The notes under the pieces are model-generated. The model worked only from the letters and a program-made list of their open reading frames with translations. It was not told where the DNA came from and did no database searches. 64,000 bases of DNA, from assembly GCA_017499595.2 (NCBI GenBank), contig CM039007.1:1-64000 (forward strand). The letters are read 5' to 3'. Of this stretch, positions 46,385 through 59,161 are shown piece by piece. How positions within the stretch are numbered: position 1 is the stretch's first letter; each line of letters begins with the position of its first letter. The translations under genes and the position numbers were made by a program. Origin of the DNA: Psilocybe cubensis. Lineage: Eukaryota.

Positions 46385-49120
46385 CGTCAAAGAGAGGAGT
46401 GTAGCAATAGACAGATAAGACTAAGTAGCACGAGGATACTGAGATTGGCTTGAGTTGAGTTATGCGAATTGCATTGAACATCGTAGATCGCGCGCAGAAT
46501 GTCAAAAAATGTATCCAGATGTCTTTATCAAACCTCACTTCACAATATGGCACGGTCTGCTCAAAGATTACACGGTTATCTAAAGTTACATTTATAAAAG
46601 TTCCACGTTGTTCGTATGCCATACGGTGACCAGTTACTAAAGCCTCCATTACCTCGTCTTCTTCGGTTATATAACTCGTCCCGGACTGAGCCATAAGGTT
46701 CACAAGTCACGATGATATATGCTCACTACCCATTCCTTCACAGGCCAGCAACAGTGACATAAGTCAACACAGTAATAGCCAATACGCGCACTGCAATGAA
46801 AGACCTTCCCTTGTCTGTGACAACAGTTCCTGGTACTTATGAGTGTGATATAGCTGTCGACCGACTCAGACCTTCTATATGCTTTCAGACTAATTGCAGA
46901 CCAGGTAAAAGAAGCATACCACGATGTCCATCCATCCATCAACGATGCCCAAGACCTGTGAAATGCTTCAAACCCAGGATAAGTAGCTGGTAATCGACTC
47001 TTGATCATGTAGGTGGTCTGCTTAAGGCTCCAACCGTTTAGTTTCCGTTTAAATTTTATTACAAACTAAACGGAAACGGTAATAAACAGTTTACAAACGT
47101 TTATAAACGTTTGTAAACAGTAAGCTCGAGGGTGGCTACAAGGGCAGGCGTTCAACAGCGTTCAACGCATCATTTGTCCTAATGCGGCCGATTTGCCAAG
47201 GAAGATAATAGTTGGCACCTAATTGGTACAAAAATGGGACCAAAACAAGAGTGCAAATGAGTTAGTTTGGTGTAAAGAATAAAAGATGAATCATTTGATG
47301 TAATACGCACCCAATATTGTCCAAAAAAGAGATATACTTTAGCACAAAAATCTGTTACCGTTTGAACCGTTTATAAACGTTTGTAAACTGTTTAGCAAGG
47401 CTCGTAAACTAAACGAAACGGTAAATGGTATATACCGTTTACAAACGATAAACAAACGAAACGGTTGGAGCCTTAGGTCTGCTGAATAGATCCTGCCATG
47501 TGTTGTTCCCATACCGTATCTAGCTTAAAGGTCATGAGCGGAACTGATAAATAAGAGAAACTTAAACAGACCTCAGAGCGCAGCGAGACACAGAAGAAAT
47601 TGTCAAGAGTCTAAGACTCGTACTCAGGGAGCAAGTCCGATTCTATACGCCTGCTTCAAAGTCGCATATATTCACCATACCCATACCGACGACCATGTTC
47701 CTGGCGACGGTAGTGAAGAACGCCCTCGTAACTGATGAACTGAAAATCACATACGTGCGCGGCGCAAAAAGAGTGAATGCGAGTTCAACGAAAGCTAGGG
47801 CGCTAACACTCGATCAGTAACCAGACCCAGAACAAACGTGAATCAAAAACATTGAAACCGAAGGCAGGGAATCGCATTAACATGCCGAAAACTCACCGCG
47901 TCATATATCAACCCATGCTGATCCCACACCTTGACTTGACTCGCAGCACCTCCGCAACGCCCAACATCCTTCACACGCGCTGTTGTCACGCATGCCTGGC
48001 ACCTCACCCTCAACCCCCTTTCCTACGTATTGATGCGCGTATATGCTTCCGGGATACGCTGGAATTTCGTGTCCTACATCACTCTGAGATACTGAGGTCG
48101 AGTTGAGAAACGTTCGTCCGGTTGAGAAGAGAAATGAGGTTATGGGGTTGTGGGCAGCATTGTGGAGATAATATTGAACGGAAGTCGCAAAAGGGAAGAG
48201 ACCGTTTCTGAATACCACTTTTGAGTTGTACAGAGAGGCTAATAATGTGATACGCACCTAGTATCTGTACCCAATACTGCTTGTACCCAACACGGTACCT
48301 GACTAATTGCATACCGACCTTCCAACCCGCAGCATCAGTGTTGATATTGGCCCGGTGGAGGAATGTTGCTGGGCAAGGGGAATGAAAGTTAGCATGATTC
48401 TGTCAATGGATGGAGGGCTGGAGCCTACGTTGACAGTCTGCTAGAGTCTCACGCTCCGATAAAAACCCGGCTGAACCATGCCCACCGTGGTAAGTGGATG
48501 TGATGACAATGAGCGTGGGAGTGCTGATGAGTGATATTGTGGTGATATCTAAAGGAGAACAGAGAGTCAGCGTACCTATTCCGACCTTAGTCCAGATGTC
48601 TCTGGGCATTAGAAACCACTTTCCTACCCAACACGCCGCTTTGCGATAAATTGCTCAGCAAGAAATTTGCGATCGATGTCAAGGAGGAAACATCCGGATC
48701 TCCGTGAGTCAATATGCCGCGGATACGTGGTCATAGTTCCGGTGGTCACCCACAAAGACGTCATCCTGAGTATCTGAAGAAATGATAGGACACAAATACA
48801 ATCGCAGACAACACCTGAAGCTGGCGATTGGATTCGTATCCGCCACGGAGTAAGTACATTCTCACGCTGACGGCCATCAATTATTAATTCTCAGATTCGG
48901 GAACAACCGAGTAACATCAAGATAAACCAAGAGACATGCCGTTAGACTACTGTTGTACCACAGTTATTTGAAGGTAAGAGAAATGTTTACTACTTCAAAT
49001 GTTGATAATTTTCCTAGAGTAACAGGAAAAAATCAAAAGAATAACCAATTCACGCGAAACAAAGGAAACAAAGGATGTCAACAAATTTCTTTCAGCTCAA
49101 GTTGCAACGCGTTGACATGA
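46385..49120. repeat. Diverged direct segmental duplication, copy 1 (copy 2 at ~59162-61342); contains a decayed minus-strand ORF of unknown function
   Basis: Collinear shared blocks, e.g. ATAACTCGTCCCGGACTGAGCCATAAGG, TTAAAGGTCATGAGCGGAACTGATAAATA and GGAGTAAGTACATTCTCACGCT. Confidence 0.88.
47023..47475. mobile_element. Non-autonomous hAT-like MITE (453 bp)
   Basis: TIRs TAAGGCTCCAACCGTTT / AAACGGTTGGAGCCTTA, an 8-bp TSD GGTCTGCT (47015-47022, 47476-47483) and AAACG/CGTTT subterminal repeats. Confidence 0.9.
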
Positions 49121-51601
49121 ATATAGACAAGGTACGCTGATGTCCAATCTTGGGTAAGGCGGTTCAAAAGTGAAGTACTTCTATCCCTGTATAACAGTGA
49201 GAACTTGATTTGGGGAGTACATGAAGTCTGGCTTGAGCCGTGATCACGACAACAAAGCAGAGGGTGAGTGTAAGTTTGGGGAGTTGGCAGGGTCCAAACA
49301 ACGAGGCCAGGGAGGGAGAGAACATTAGATAGAAGGAGAAAGTGGTGGTAGAGGTGGAAGCAATGGCAGACCAGAGTTCGATCCGAGATAGTTGTCAATG
49401 TGTGGAGCTCAGCTGCATCGCATCAATCAGAGTGAGGAGAGCGGCGTGGTCTGAGTAATAAACGGGAGAAGCGGGATGGAAGTGGGCTGAAGGTGTGTAC
49501 ATGCTCAGCTGGAATGGAATGTTGGAAAGGGAATGCGGGTGCAAGTGGTACAAGACAAAACCACCCACAAAGAGGTGGTTGGTGGAACAAAGCGGGAACC
49601 CGGCGGGTATGGACTCTGTGATAAGCACGAAGTCATACTCACCTACGACCTTTGTTCGCGTCGACACTAACGTTATGCGTGACGGACAAGAACAAGCTGT
49701 TCTTGGTGCTTGTGAAGGTAGCAACATGGGAAACACGTTGCATGGCTGCCACTCGTTCGGGATGGGCTACAGACAATGAGCAGCAGTGACACGTGGAGTT
49801 CAAGTTGCTGGAAGGAGGTGGGTGGAAGTGACACTGGTGTTTAACAAGTACACATGCGTATTGGACGTGACGCGTGAAGTGTCGGACGTGAATTTTGAAT
49901 CGGTAAATAGGTGGGTGAAGGGCGGCGCGGGCATTCAGTATGCATGAGGGCCCTGGTCGTGAGAAATTGGGTGGGAGGTTGTTGGCGTTTTCAGTGTCCA
50001 TGTCAAGGTCCTACTGCTACGTTCCTCTCGCTTGCGCCGCCGGTCAAGTTAGAGTTTACGTGCTTTGCCGACGGTGGTAACGATATCCAGAGCAATGCTG
50101 CTGTTGTAGGACTTGTGCACAGGGTGTTTGGTGGTGACAGTGGTGTTGAAAAAAAAAAAAACATACTGCGCGATGTCTATGTATAGAACGTAATAGTTCA
50201 GAAGAGGATGGGGAACGAGGATAAAGAAACGCACCCCAAACACCAAACTCTGTAATCACCAATTCAGCTAGAATCTTGATGTAGTCAAGCGGACGGCCAA
50301 AGATATTCCGCAGTCGAAGGGGAGCCGAGTGCGTAACATTCTTGTTGAAAAGCCCACCACTGAGCATGCGTGAGTCCTCAATCCCCCCATATGACATCTT
50401 CTCGAGATGCAGCGCGTACCACTTGTCGACGATGGTGAGCACCTTGCTGAGCGTGACGGTTGGCACAGTGCATACCGTGAGTTGGCTCATGAAGTTGCGC
50501 TATCGTGATACAAATTAGTGCCGATGGTAGTTAAGATGACTAGGAGTGCTAGTGAGGACTTCTCGGTGTCAGCGGAGGCGGGCATGATGATGGGAATTGC
50601 GACGAGGTTGATGATGCACATACGACGAGGACTGGGTTCCTGTGGTGCGTGTTGAAGGGGATTTTGTATTGAAAAAAACAAGAAAACTCGCCTAGAATGA
50701 TGGCATTTGTCGTACTATCTGCTTCGCTGATCATTTTGCATCCTATCCAGCTCAAGCACGTTCTTTGAGGAGGGACTCAAAACTTCATTTTTGCCTGAAA
50801 AATGTTGTTTTAAAACGAGAGTCAAGGAAGTTTTAACAGAAAAAAGCGTTCATCAGTATGCAATTGGACTAGCGAGGCAACACAACAGGATGCAACGATC
50901 CTGTTGTCCGACGACGTGGATTACTTTGAAGCGGAGATTAAAACCATCCTGTATATCCACCTGGGGATTTTAGGGTCAGTCATTAATACCTACCCAGTCT
51001 AACAGGTGTGCTGTTTCCATTTGGAGAATAAAGACAACGTTCATATCACCCGCGGTCGGTGTGAGTTTGACAGGAGTGTGGGAATTGGATTGAGGGTGTT
51101 TTGTTCCTGCAAATGCTCAAATGGGAATGTCTTGTAAGTTTGTTGTAAGTCGTCGTCGCCAGGATGAAAAGACACGTAATACGCCATTTCACCAAGTCCA
51201 CTGCGTCAGAAACTTGTCAGAAACGACTGGGTACAAACCTACGAATCCAAAAGCACATGGAAATACCAGGTCAAAACAATATTGGCATCATGAAAGTGCT
51301 TAAACTATAAATTATAGTCGATCTAATCACCACCGAGACCCGGTTGAAGCTCTCCGTACCGCACTATCCCACACGCTGAATTTTCTGTCAGAAAACAATA
51401 AACATGGAGTGCTGTCATTCTTGTCGATGGCAACGTGTGATGTTGATGATGCTGGGTATGTTAATCACTACACTATTCACAGTAAGTAGGTATGTATTGT
51501 CATAACAACCTTTCTACTGGTTCGCGTCACTGTTACCTATTCTGCTATATAATGGCTAGTACTCGACACCGAACCTCTAAAATCTCTTGCATTACTTTCC
51601 A

Positions 51602-54600
51602 ATGCAGCAAATCTCCAACGTGCGCACTTTGATGATCAATGGAGGGAAATTCACGCAGGCGCGCAATGTCTACGAAGCAGGGAAGGACGCAGGCGAGTTC
51701 TATCAATGTCTGAATTTACACATATGCTTAAATAAGAGTGCCAGGTTTACATCTACTCGAAAAATACATAGCTTTAGACGCAGTATACGACTCCGCGGAG
51801 CGGTTCCTAAATGCTCAATGTCACCCAGGCACCCGAGAGCGGATCATCGAGACCATCATGGAGTGGATTGACGACCCGACTCCTGAAAAGCAGGCCCTGT
51901 GGCTCTATGGTGCCGCAGGCGCCGGAAAATCTGCAATCGGCCAATCCATTGCCACGATGCTTAAGGAGTGTTCTGCGAATCGCAGATACGGTTCGAGCTT
52001 TTTCTTTGCAAAGGGCGTCCCTGGACGTGGAGATGGGAACAAACTATTTTCTACCATTGCCTATGAGCTTGCCATCAATTTTCCTGAATACCGCGCCGTA
52101 CTTGACACCATCATGCAGGAGAATCCTACACTCCCCACCAAGTCCATTAACATTCAACTTCAAAATCTCATTATCAGACCACTTGCAAAAGTGCGCAATT
52201 GGCCGGCCCATCACCCAGTGGTCATCATCGACGGCCTGGACGAGTGTTCCGGAGAGAAGCGTATGCAGGTCGGAATTCTGTCGACCATTGCGAATTCCAT
52301 TATTCAACATCACATCCCGCTGCGCTTTCTAATTATCAGTCGTCCTGAGTACTGGATTGCCGATGCGTTTGAAACTGGACGTTTTAGCTCTATCGTAAAA
52401 CGCCTCTCTCTGCAAGACGACCTTGAAGCCAACGCTGGGATAAGAACTTATCTGCGTGATGAATTTAATAGAATCTACGACGAAAACATCGAAGTAATGC
52501 ATTCTATTCCTCGCACGTGGCCTGAGGATCACATCATCGACGGATTCGTTCATCTCGCTTCTGGTCAATATGTTTATGCATCCACTGTCATAAAATTCAT
52601 CGGAGATTCCCTACATTGTGATCCCTTTGAACAGCTTCGCATATTGTGCTCACTGGACCCTCATGATGCTCAAGCATTCTCTGAACTGGACCAGTTATAT
52701 GCCGCCATTTTGTTGTCTTATCCACACTGGGACAGGCTTAAACTTGTTCTGAGTGTCATTGCGTACTACGGTTATACCAATTCTGAAAGCCTCATGGAAC
52801 TTGTTCTTGGTGTTCCTCCTTCAGAGCTGCGTCAAATTTTGCGGTCAATGCGATCCTTAATTTACATGACAGAACCCAAATGTTCTCCACTGTTACAAAG
52901 CCTGATACCAACTTTTGGCATCCCAAGATATGAGACACCATGGCTTTCATTCCATCACCTATCATTTAATGAATTTTTAGCAGATCCTTGTAGATCAGGG
53001 AAATTCATGGTCGACAAATTTTCCATGTTGGTCCACGTATTCTGTGTTGATATACGGCATTTGAGAGAATTGCTACAAGGCAATTCCGATATTGATGAAA
53101 TAATTGATCGGTATATTTTTTGTACTGCCGCATATTATAACCATATTGATATTCGATTTTCACAGCATTGGAGCATCCCAATATCACCTAGGTCTTCCAC
53201 AAAGAGCTGTCCGTGCTGTCCTCCGTCATATTACAAAACTTACGAGCTCAGAAATGAGTATTATTATCAATGAGCTCACATCTCTCTACTCAACACTGGA
53301 TGGGATCTTATTCAACACAGACAAATTTATTCCTCGATCCAAGCACATATTGTGGATCCTTTCAAGGTTCAAGGATTCGCTACTACGTGATTTGTGCTGG
53401 AGAAAAGAGAGAATCAGAAATAAATTGACGTCTCTACTGGATCTACTACAATCACTTCAACGACTTGTAAACATGGCGTTCAGTATTTCAGCGCAGGAGG
53501 TTCTCAAGACCATCCCTATGGACGGGCCCATTTTTGGATATTTTGTCAGGCGTAGCTGGAACCAGGGCACAAAACTCTCATTCAATATTGCAAGCTTTCG
53601 GGACATAGGCGAGAAGATGAATATTACGCACGATGTCATTATATCGGAGCTCCAAAGTATACACGACATCGTGAATATCTGTCAAGTAAACGGAGGGCTC
53701 GTGGAAACCATTATCGACTTATTCACAGAGGAAATCGACAAAATACCGAAAGCGTGCTTGCGTCCATCCCTATTAGCAGAGTGGGAAACTCCAGGTCTCA
53801 TCGATGTGGTTGAACAACTTAATCAACTCCTCAACACAACTGAAGACGTGCCGGATTTGCTATTGAGAGCAGTTGCCAACTTCTTGCATTGCCCAGCACA
53901 GTCAGATATCCACTCACAAGAATATTTCCAAGTGCCCCACAAGATGATTATACTTAATATTCTCATGCATCCGCAGCTTCCGAAGTCTCCAGAACACCTC
54001 GCAAGATATGCGGCAGGTTCATTGGACTGGTTCCGCAGACAATTGGTATTTCACATTTAGCCTCTATAGCCGACACATGCACTAATTTTATCTGGTAATA
54101 GACAGGACCAAATAGACGTGTACTTGAGGAACACGATGGCACACTAATTTTAAGATTGGAGAGGGCAGCTAGAGCCACGTTCCTTGCCCTCCTATCATTA
54201 TACATCAAACATTCTTCATTCTTCGTCGTTAGCGCTATGCTGAGTGATAATTACCCGACAGAGTATCAGGACCAACACCATATTATGGACGTATCTCCGA
54301 TGATTGATGGCACATACCTTGTTTCGCGGTATGTAGACACCGAAGGTGCTAACACTGAATCATGGCTCACATCGAGAGTTCTCAATGAATGCCTGGAGGA
54401 GGTTGAGAAGTCATTGGGTTCCCAACATCCTCAGTGGCCCATTCAACCCTCGGATTGGTATCCCCATCTTGCTGCATTTCTTCTTAATGTATTTGCAGAA
54501 AGCTTTTACGTCTCTACTGAAGAAAAGCTTTACGTATTCAGCGTGTTGATATCAAATAGCTTTTCCCCAATACTGCTCCAGTGCATGCCTTATGCAATTC

Positions 54601-54935
54601 CAACCCAGGAGAACCTAAAAAAGATTAGATTAATGCGCCATTTATGGCATAAAGTCCATCGAAGATATCGATGGAGACCTGCGGCTGGATTCAGTGACCT
54701 TACCATGGAATTTTTGGCGGTGCGGCATTTCCTTCGCTCCCAAATTTTTGTATACTCATGGTTATATCAGAAATATGACCGCAAAACGTTTTGTGGCATG
54801 GAATACGATAATTTGATTTCTTGGCTGGTTGAACTGAGAGCGACAGAGTCTCGCAGAATTCTTGGGGTTAATATTAGTGACGATATCAATTATAATATGT
54901 ACACGACAGACGAGGAGGGGCCTGGTACACAGTAA
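51602..54935 (+). CDS. NACHT-domain (NLR-like) protein; 4 exons (51602-51692, 51745-53110, 53166-54045, 54102-54935), 1056 aa
   Basis: CHPGTRE, Walker A WLYGAAGAGKS, Walker B VIIDGLDEC and FLIISRPE. Three 52-56 nt introns (the first GC-AG) join the ORF pieces in frame. Confidence 0.88.
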
Positions 54936-57620
54936 AAGTACCGTTCTTCATCTATATGTATGTAATAGATACATCCATGGTTGCTACACTTCCCTTGTCA
55001 CAAAATAGAGGGAACCTCTGCTTGGTCGTTGTATTCTTACATGAGAGCACTCTGAGAATCATCAGAAATGCATGAGGTGTATAATTGAAAAATCTCCAAG
55101 AAGCCAAAAGCCTCAGCGCGTGACTGCGCTACCGGCCCTTAATATTTAATAGTAATACATCACCCACATAATGATGCCTCACTTTGTCACCTCCAAGAAT
55201 ATCAGAGACGAGTGAATTCTCGTATATTCCTAACGGAAATCCCAACTATAAGTGTAATTTTTGATGTTAGATGACTCCTATATTCGCTGTACGGAAATTT
55301 GAGTAAGCAGACATAGTTTACTTGATGTAGTCCCTCAACATGATAGAGCATGATAGAGAGAATATAAAAACTTACATTGGATATACATCGCCCAGTGGAC
55401 GTCAGAAAGAGTAAATAGCATTGCTTTGGAGAATTTTTATAGCGCGCAGACCTAAATATATAAATTATATATCTTAGGCTGATCTTAGGTGCCCATACTC
55501 CAAGGCACAAGGTGTATTTACAACGAGTTCGTCGATCTTGTGACGACAGATCATCCTTTCGTGACAACACATCCCTGGCAGTGGGATATGACAGAAAATG
55601 GCGCACAAGCTGCCTGGAACATTTGTGAGAATAAATAGTATGACATAGTCAGTTTTTACTACTCAAATCAACACCCGAAATTGTTCATCTGCCTCAGATT
55701 CTATGTGTACCTGCGCAACATGGCATGTTCTCCTCACTCGGCATGCACCGGCACCTTTATCCTGAGGAAATATTTGTGACATATTGACACACCTGTCACG
55801 CGCAGTGTCTGCACTCGCGTGCACTTATTTTTTTCTATCTGCCACGAAAGCCTACGTGGCCCTCAATCACCGAATGCCTTCCAAGTCGCTCATAGAAAGC
55901 AGATCAAATCCCAACGCATGCATATAGCACTTCGCCGTTCATCTCTTCTCTAAAACCACTCCAACGTAATATCCTCCCACACGCTATCGTAACGACAAAC
56001 TCGAATATGGGCTGAGTGAACAAGAGCAAAAGAGGGAGAGGAAATGACAACATTATACATGCCACATGTGTTCCAAGGTGTGTCCATTCCCTATTCCATC
56101 TCTTTTACTTCTCATGTCTGCTCTCACTCGGTATCCTCGTCTTTCTGACCCCACCATATGCCACCGTTTCAACTCTCTGCCTCCGCCCCTGATATTGACA
56201 TGTTCCCTTCGCTATCGTTGGCCTACTGGGCTTGTTTATGGCACATACACAACAAAATTACGTTTTTCCGACCCCGACACAAACCATCATGCTCCTGTCA
56301 TCGTTGCAGACCTTTGTGCTTGAACTAGGGAAGCTGTTCTTCGAGTCACCGCCCGCCGTGAGTTGAGACTATAGTCTCGAAGTCGACGGGTGTATGTTCG
56401 CCGCGACTTAGGACACCATGAGGGCACAATCGGTAGATGAGGTTTGGTTTAGATTTAGGTTCGTATGCATGGCTTTCTCTGTCTTCGAGCGCGTGCTGGT
56501 ACTGGAACCAGCGCCGCTACACCTAATATCTTTATTTGGTCGCTATTATGACATGTACCCAAGACTTGAGTGAGTGTCCGTTCTCTCTACCCCTGCTGGA
56601 CAACATCGCTCGCTGAACCAATCTGTAAAGACTGAAACTGACGTGTAGGTTGCTCTGAGCGCGCAAGCGACTGTAACAAGGTCGTTTATAATGTGCGTCG
56701 CACCTTATTTTCCAAAATATGCGCATGAGCCAGAAGCTATCGTGTGTTGGGCGCTTCAAAGCGGAAAATATGGATCTTCCTCTCTATTTTGCTTTACACT
56801 TTACGCATTCTCAGACTACTTTGATGTGTATTGAGCCATTAACTATAAGATGGGTTCCAGGATGTGCTCTGGCAATCACAAAGCCCACTACTGATCCGCT
56901 CGCACTGAATCGTACATATGCAATGTCTCGTTTGCTTTACGGAGACGTTGAAAGGGACTCGATGGGCCCAGTCCAGGTGAAATAAGGGGGTGGTCTGTGA
57001 TATATAGAGGTGATAAGATAATGGGATCGGATGAGAGAATTTAACGCCTTCCTCTATCGCTGCCCCGTGTGAGCTTGAAGGGGAGAAGTGGGAAACGGTG
57101 GACTCGTTCGGGTTTAGAATGCCGTGGTCGGCAGTGTTGCGGTGCACGCACTCCACGGCGACAATGCAGCTCGTGAACTCTCTTCCATACTCACACTGTT
57201 GACCGTATAGCGGACAGCTCCGCCTCCTTCTCTTACACTGGCCTTCCAAATAAATGGCTGAAGCATTATCTCACACTCCCTCAGTCTCCCTGACGCGTCA
57301 GAGAGTACCACTCAGGATAGGATATCTCCTTATTGGCACTAGCTGTCTTAAATCCGTCATGTCTGTCTCCTTTCATTGATTCCAATGACCACAATCCACA
57401 TGAATTACGGAGTTCAATCATTTTTATGGAGCGTTTACTTCATTGCAGATATGCGCTCCCACCATGATACAAAGTGTAAAGTTCAAAGGAAGAGCGGTTT
57501 CATCTTGTGTTGAACATTTTATTCCTTCTTAGATCGACAAAAAGGTGAAGCTTTGAATAGCTTTTGGGAAGCAATGTCGGATCGGAAAGGGAAACGGGAG
57601 TTATAGCTGAAGGAGTCATT

Positions 57621-57732
57621 TTACCCTCCGAGAAAGGGTTTGGTGACGTCGAAGGTACAGTAGTCACTGTGGATTGGAGCGCAGAATTTGCCTGAATTCT
57701 GGTCGATGGGGAAGATACCCACGCATGTTCCC
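57621..57732 (-). pseudogene. Degenerate duplicate of the last forkhead exon
   Basis: Reads GNMRGYLPHRPEFRQILR versus GTLRGHLSHRPEFRRILR, then frameshifts. Confidence 0.65.
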
Positions 57733-57988
57733 AACAAAAATAACAAAAATAAATTAACACACAAATTGAACAAACGGAACCGTTACTGAAAGTATAATCC
57801 AAGCGGTCAAATGACTGAAGGATCTGGGTCCCTCAGGTAAGTAATATAATCGATAGTGACATAACCAGGATGTGAAATACACAAGCATTACATGGTGGCA
57901 AGGAGAAGTTAATAGGTGGAATAGAAAGCACAATGAGAGCCGATTTAAAGAAATATCTAGTGTAGTCAGGGGAATTGGCCTCTACGTT

Positions 57989-59136
57989 TTACCGTTCGGG
58001 AAAAAGCTTGGTGACGTCAATGGTCCAATAATCACCGTGTGCATCTGGCCTCAAAATTCGCCTGAACTCAGGTCGATGAGATAGATGGCCACGCAACGTC
58101 CCCTTCAAACATGATAAATTACATGACAATGCAAAATGTGCAAAAGGAAACTTGAGCTTACCCGCCATTTTTTGCCATATAGTGTTGCTTTAAGTGCTGG
58201 GTACTTCCTGATGAGATATGTTTCAATCTCTTCAAATGTTGCTCTATGTCCTGGGGAGCAACATGTGGTGAGCATGAGCACCTTTACTTTGTTGTAATAC
58301 CACGTGTCTATTCCCTGTGGCCACGCATCCTCCAAACGGGCATTGGGAGCTAGACCCAGAATCCGAGCGACAACACTATCCGTGTGCTCTTCGCAAGGCA
58401 ACGCCGCCACTTGAGCCGCGGTTAACACCCCCGTGCTAGCCTGCTGGTGCTTTCGCCTTCAGAACCACAGGTGCGCGCCTCCGAGACTTCCTTGTGGACG
58501 CCTAAAGATGTCAAACAATGTCAGCCTTCGGGCCTTGAAATGATGACTAGGATTCGAGAGTACATACCTTCTTTGCGTTCTGAGAACCTATTCCTGAACT
58601 TTTACGTTTACGCAGGCCAGCAGTATCCGATGTGGATGACGAGGAAGATATGTGGCTTGAAGGTGGCATGTAGATGGGGGGACCGTATCCCGGGTATGGG
58701 ATGACATTGCGATATGGTTGACAAGAAGTCTGGTTATTGCAGAATTTTTAGTGAATGACTATGTTGAAAAACGACAAAATCTCCTTACCAAGTAACTTGG
58801 CCATAAAAATTTAGGTCGTGATGGTTTATGGGTATATGAAGGGGTATGCAGCTGTTGCTGAAGAACCGAACTATTGCATGTGTCGAGACGTTGGGAATTG
58901 GCGCTTGGAGGTGAGTTTGTTTGACGCTCTTTCTTCTCTGATTCCGTGGTTCTATCCGGGCCAACGCTCGAATTTGTGTTATCGGAGTCCGAGCTGTAGT
59001 CGTAATTTATAAAAGCGTCCATCTCCCGGTACCTGATGTCTACGTCAACGCTAGACGCATCAGAGTCAGACTGCGGAGAGTGTACAACTGCAGGGTATTT
59101 GGGTGACAAAGTATGATATAGGTTTTGCATGGTCAT
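57989..59136 (-). pseudogene. Divergent forkhead-domain gene copy with a 2-nt deletion upstream of the domain
   Basis: Inverted copy of 62942-64000. The domain reads CCSPGHRATFEEIETYLIRKYP...KKWR|GTLRGHLSHRPEFRRILRPDAHGDYWTID. A frameshift near 58445 gives GCA GGC TAG. Confidence 0.72.
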
Positions 59137-59161
59137 ATTTCGGGCAGCAGCGCCAGTGGCA

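Noticed and set aside
50250-50490. Protein-like minus-strand fragment (VDKWYALHLEKMSYGG...)
   Set aside because: It may be a gene relic, but I cannot assign a family or build a gene model.
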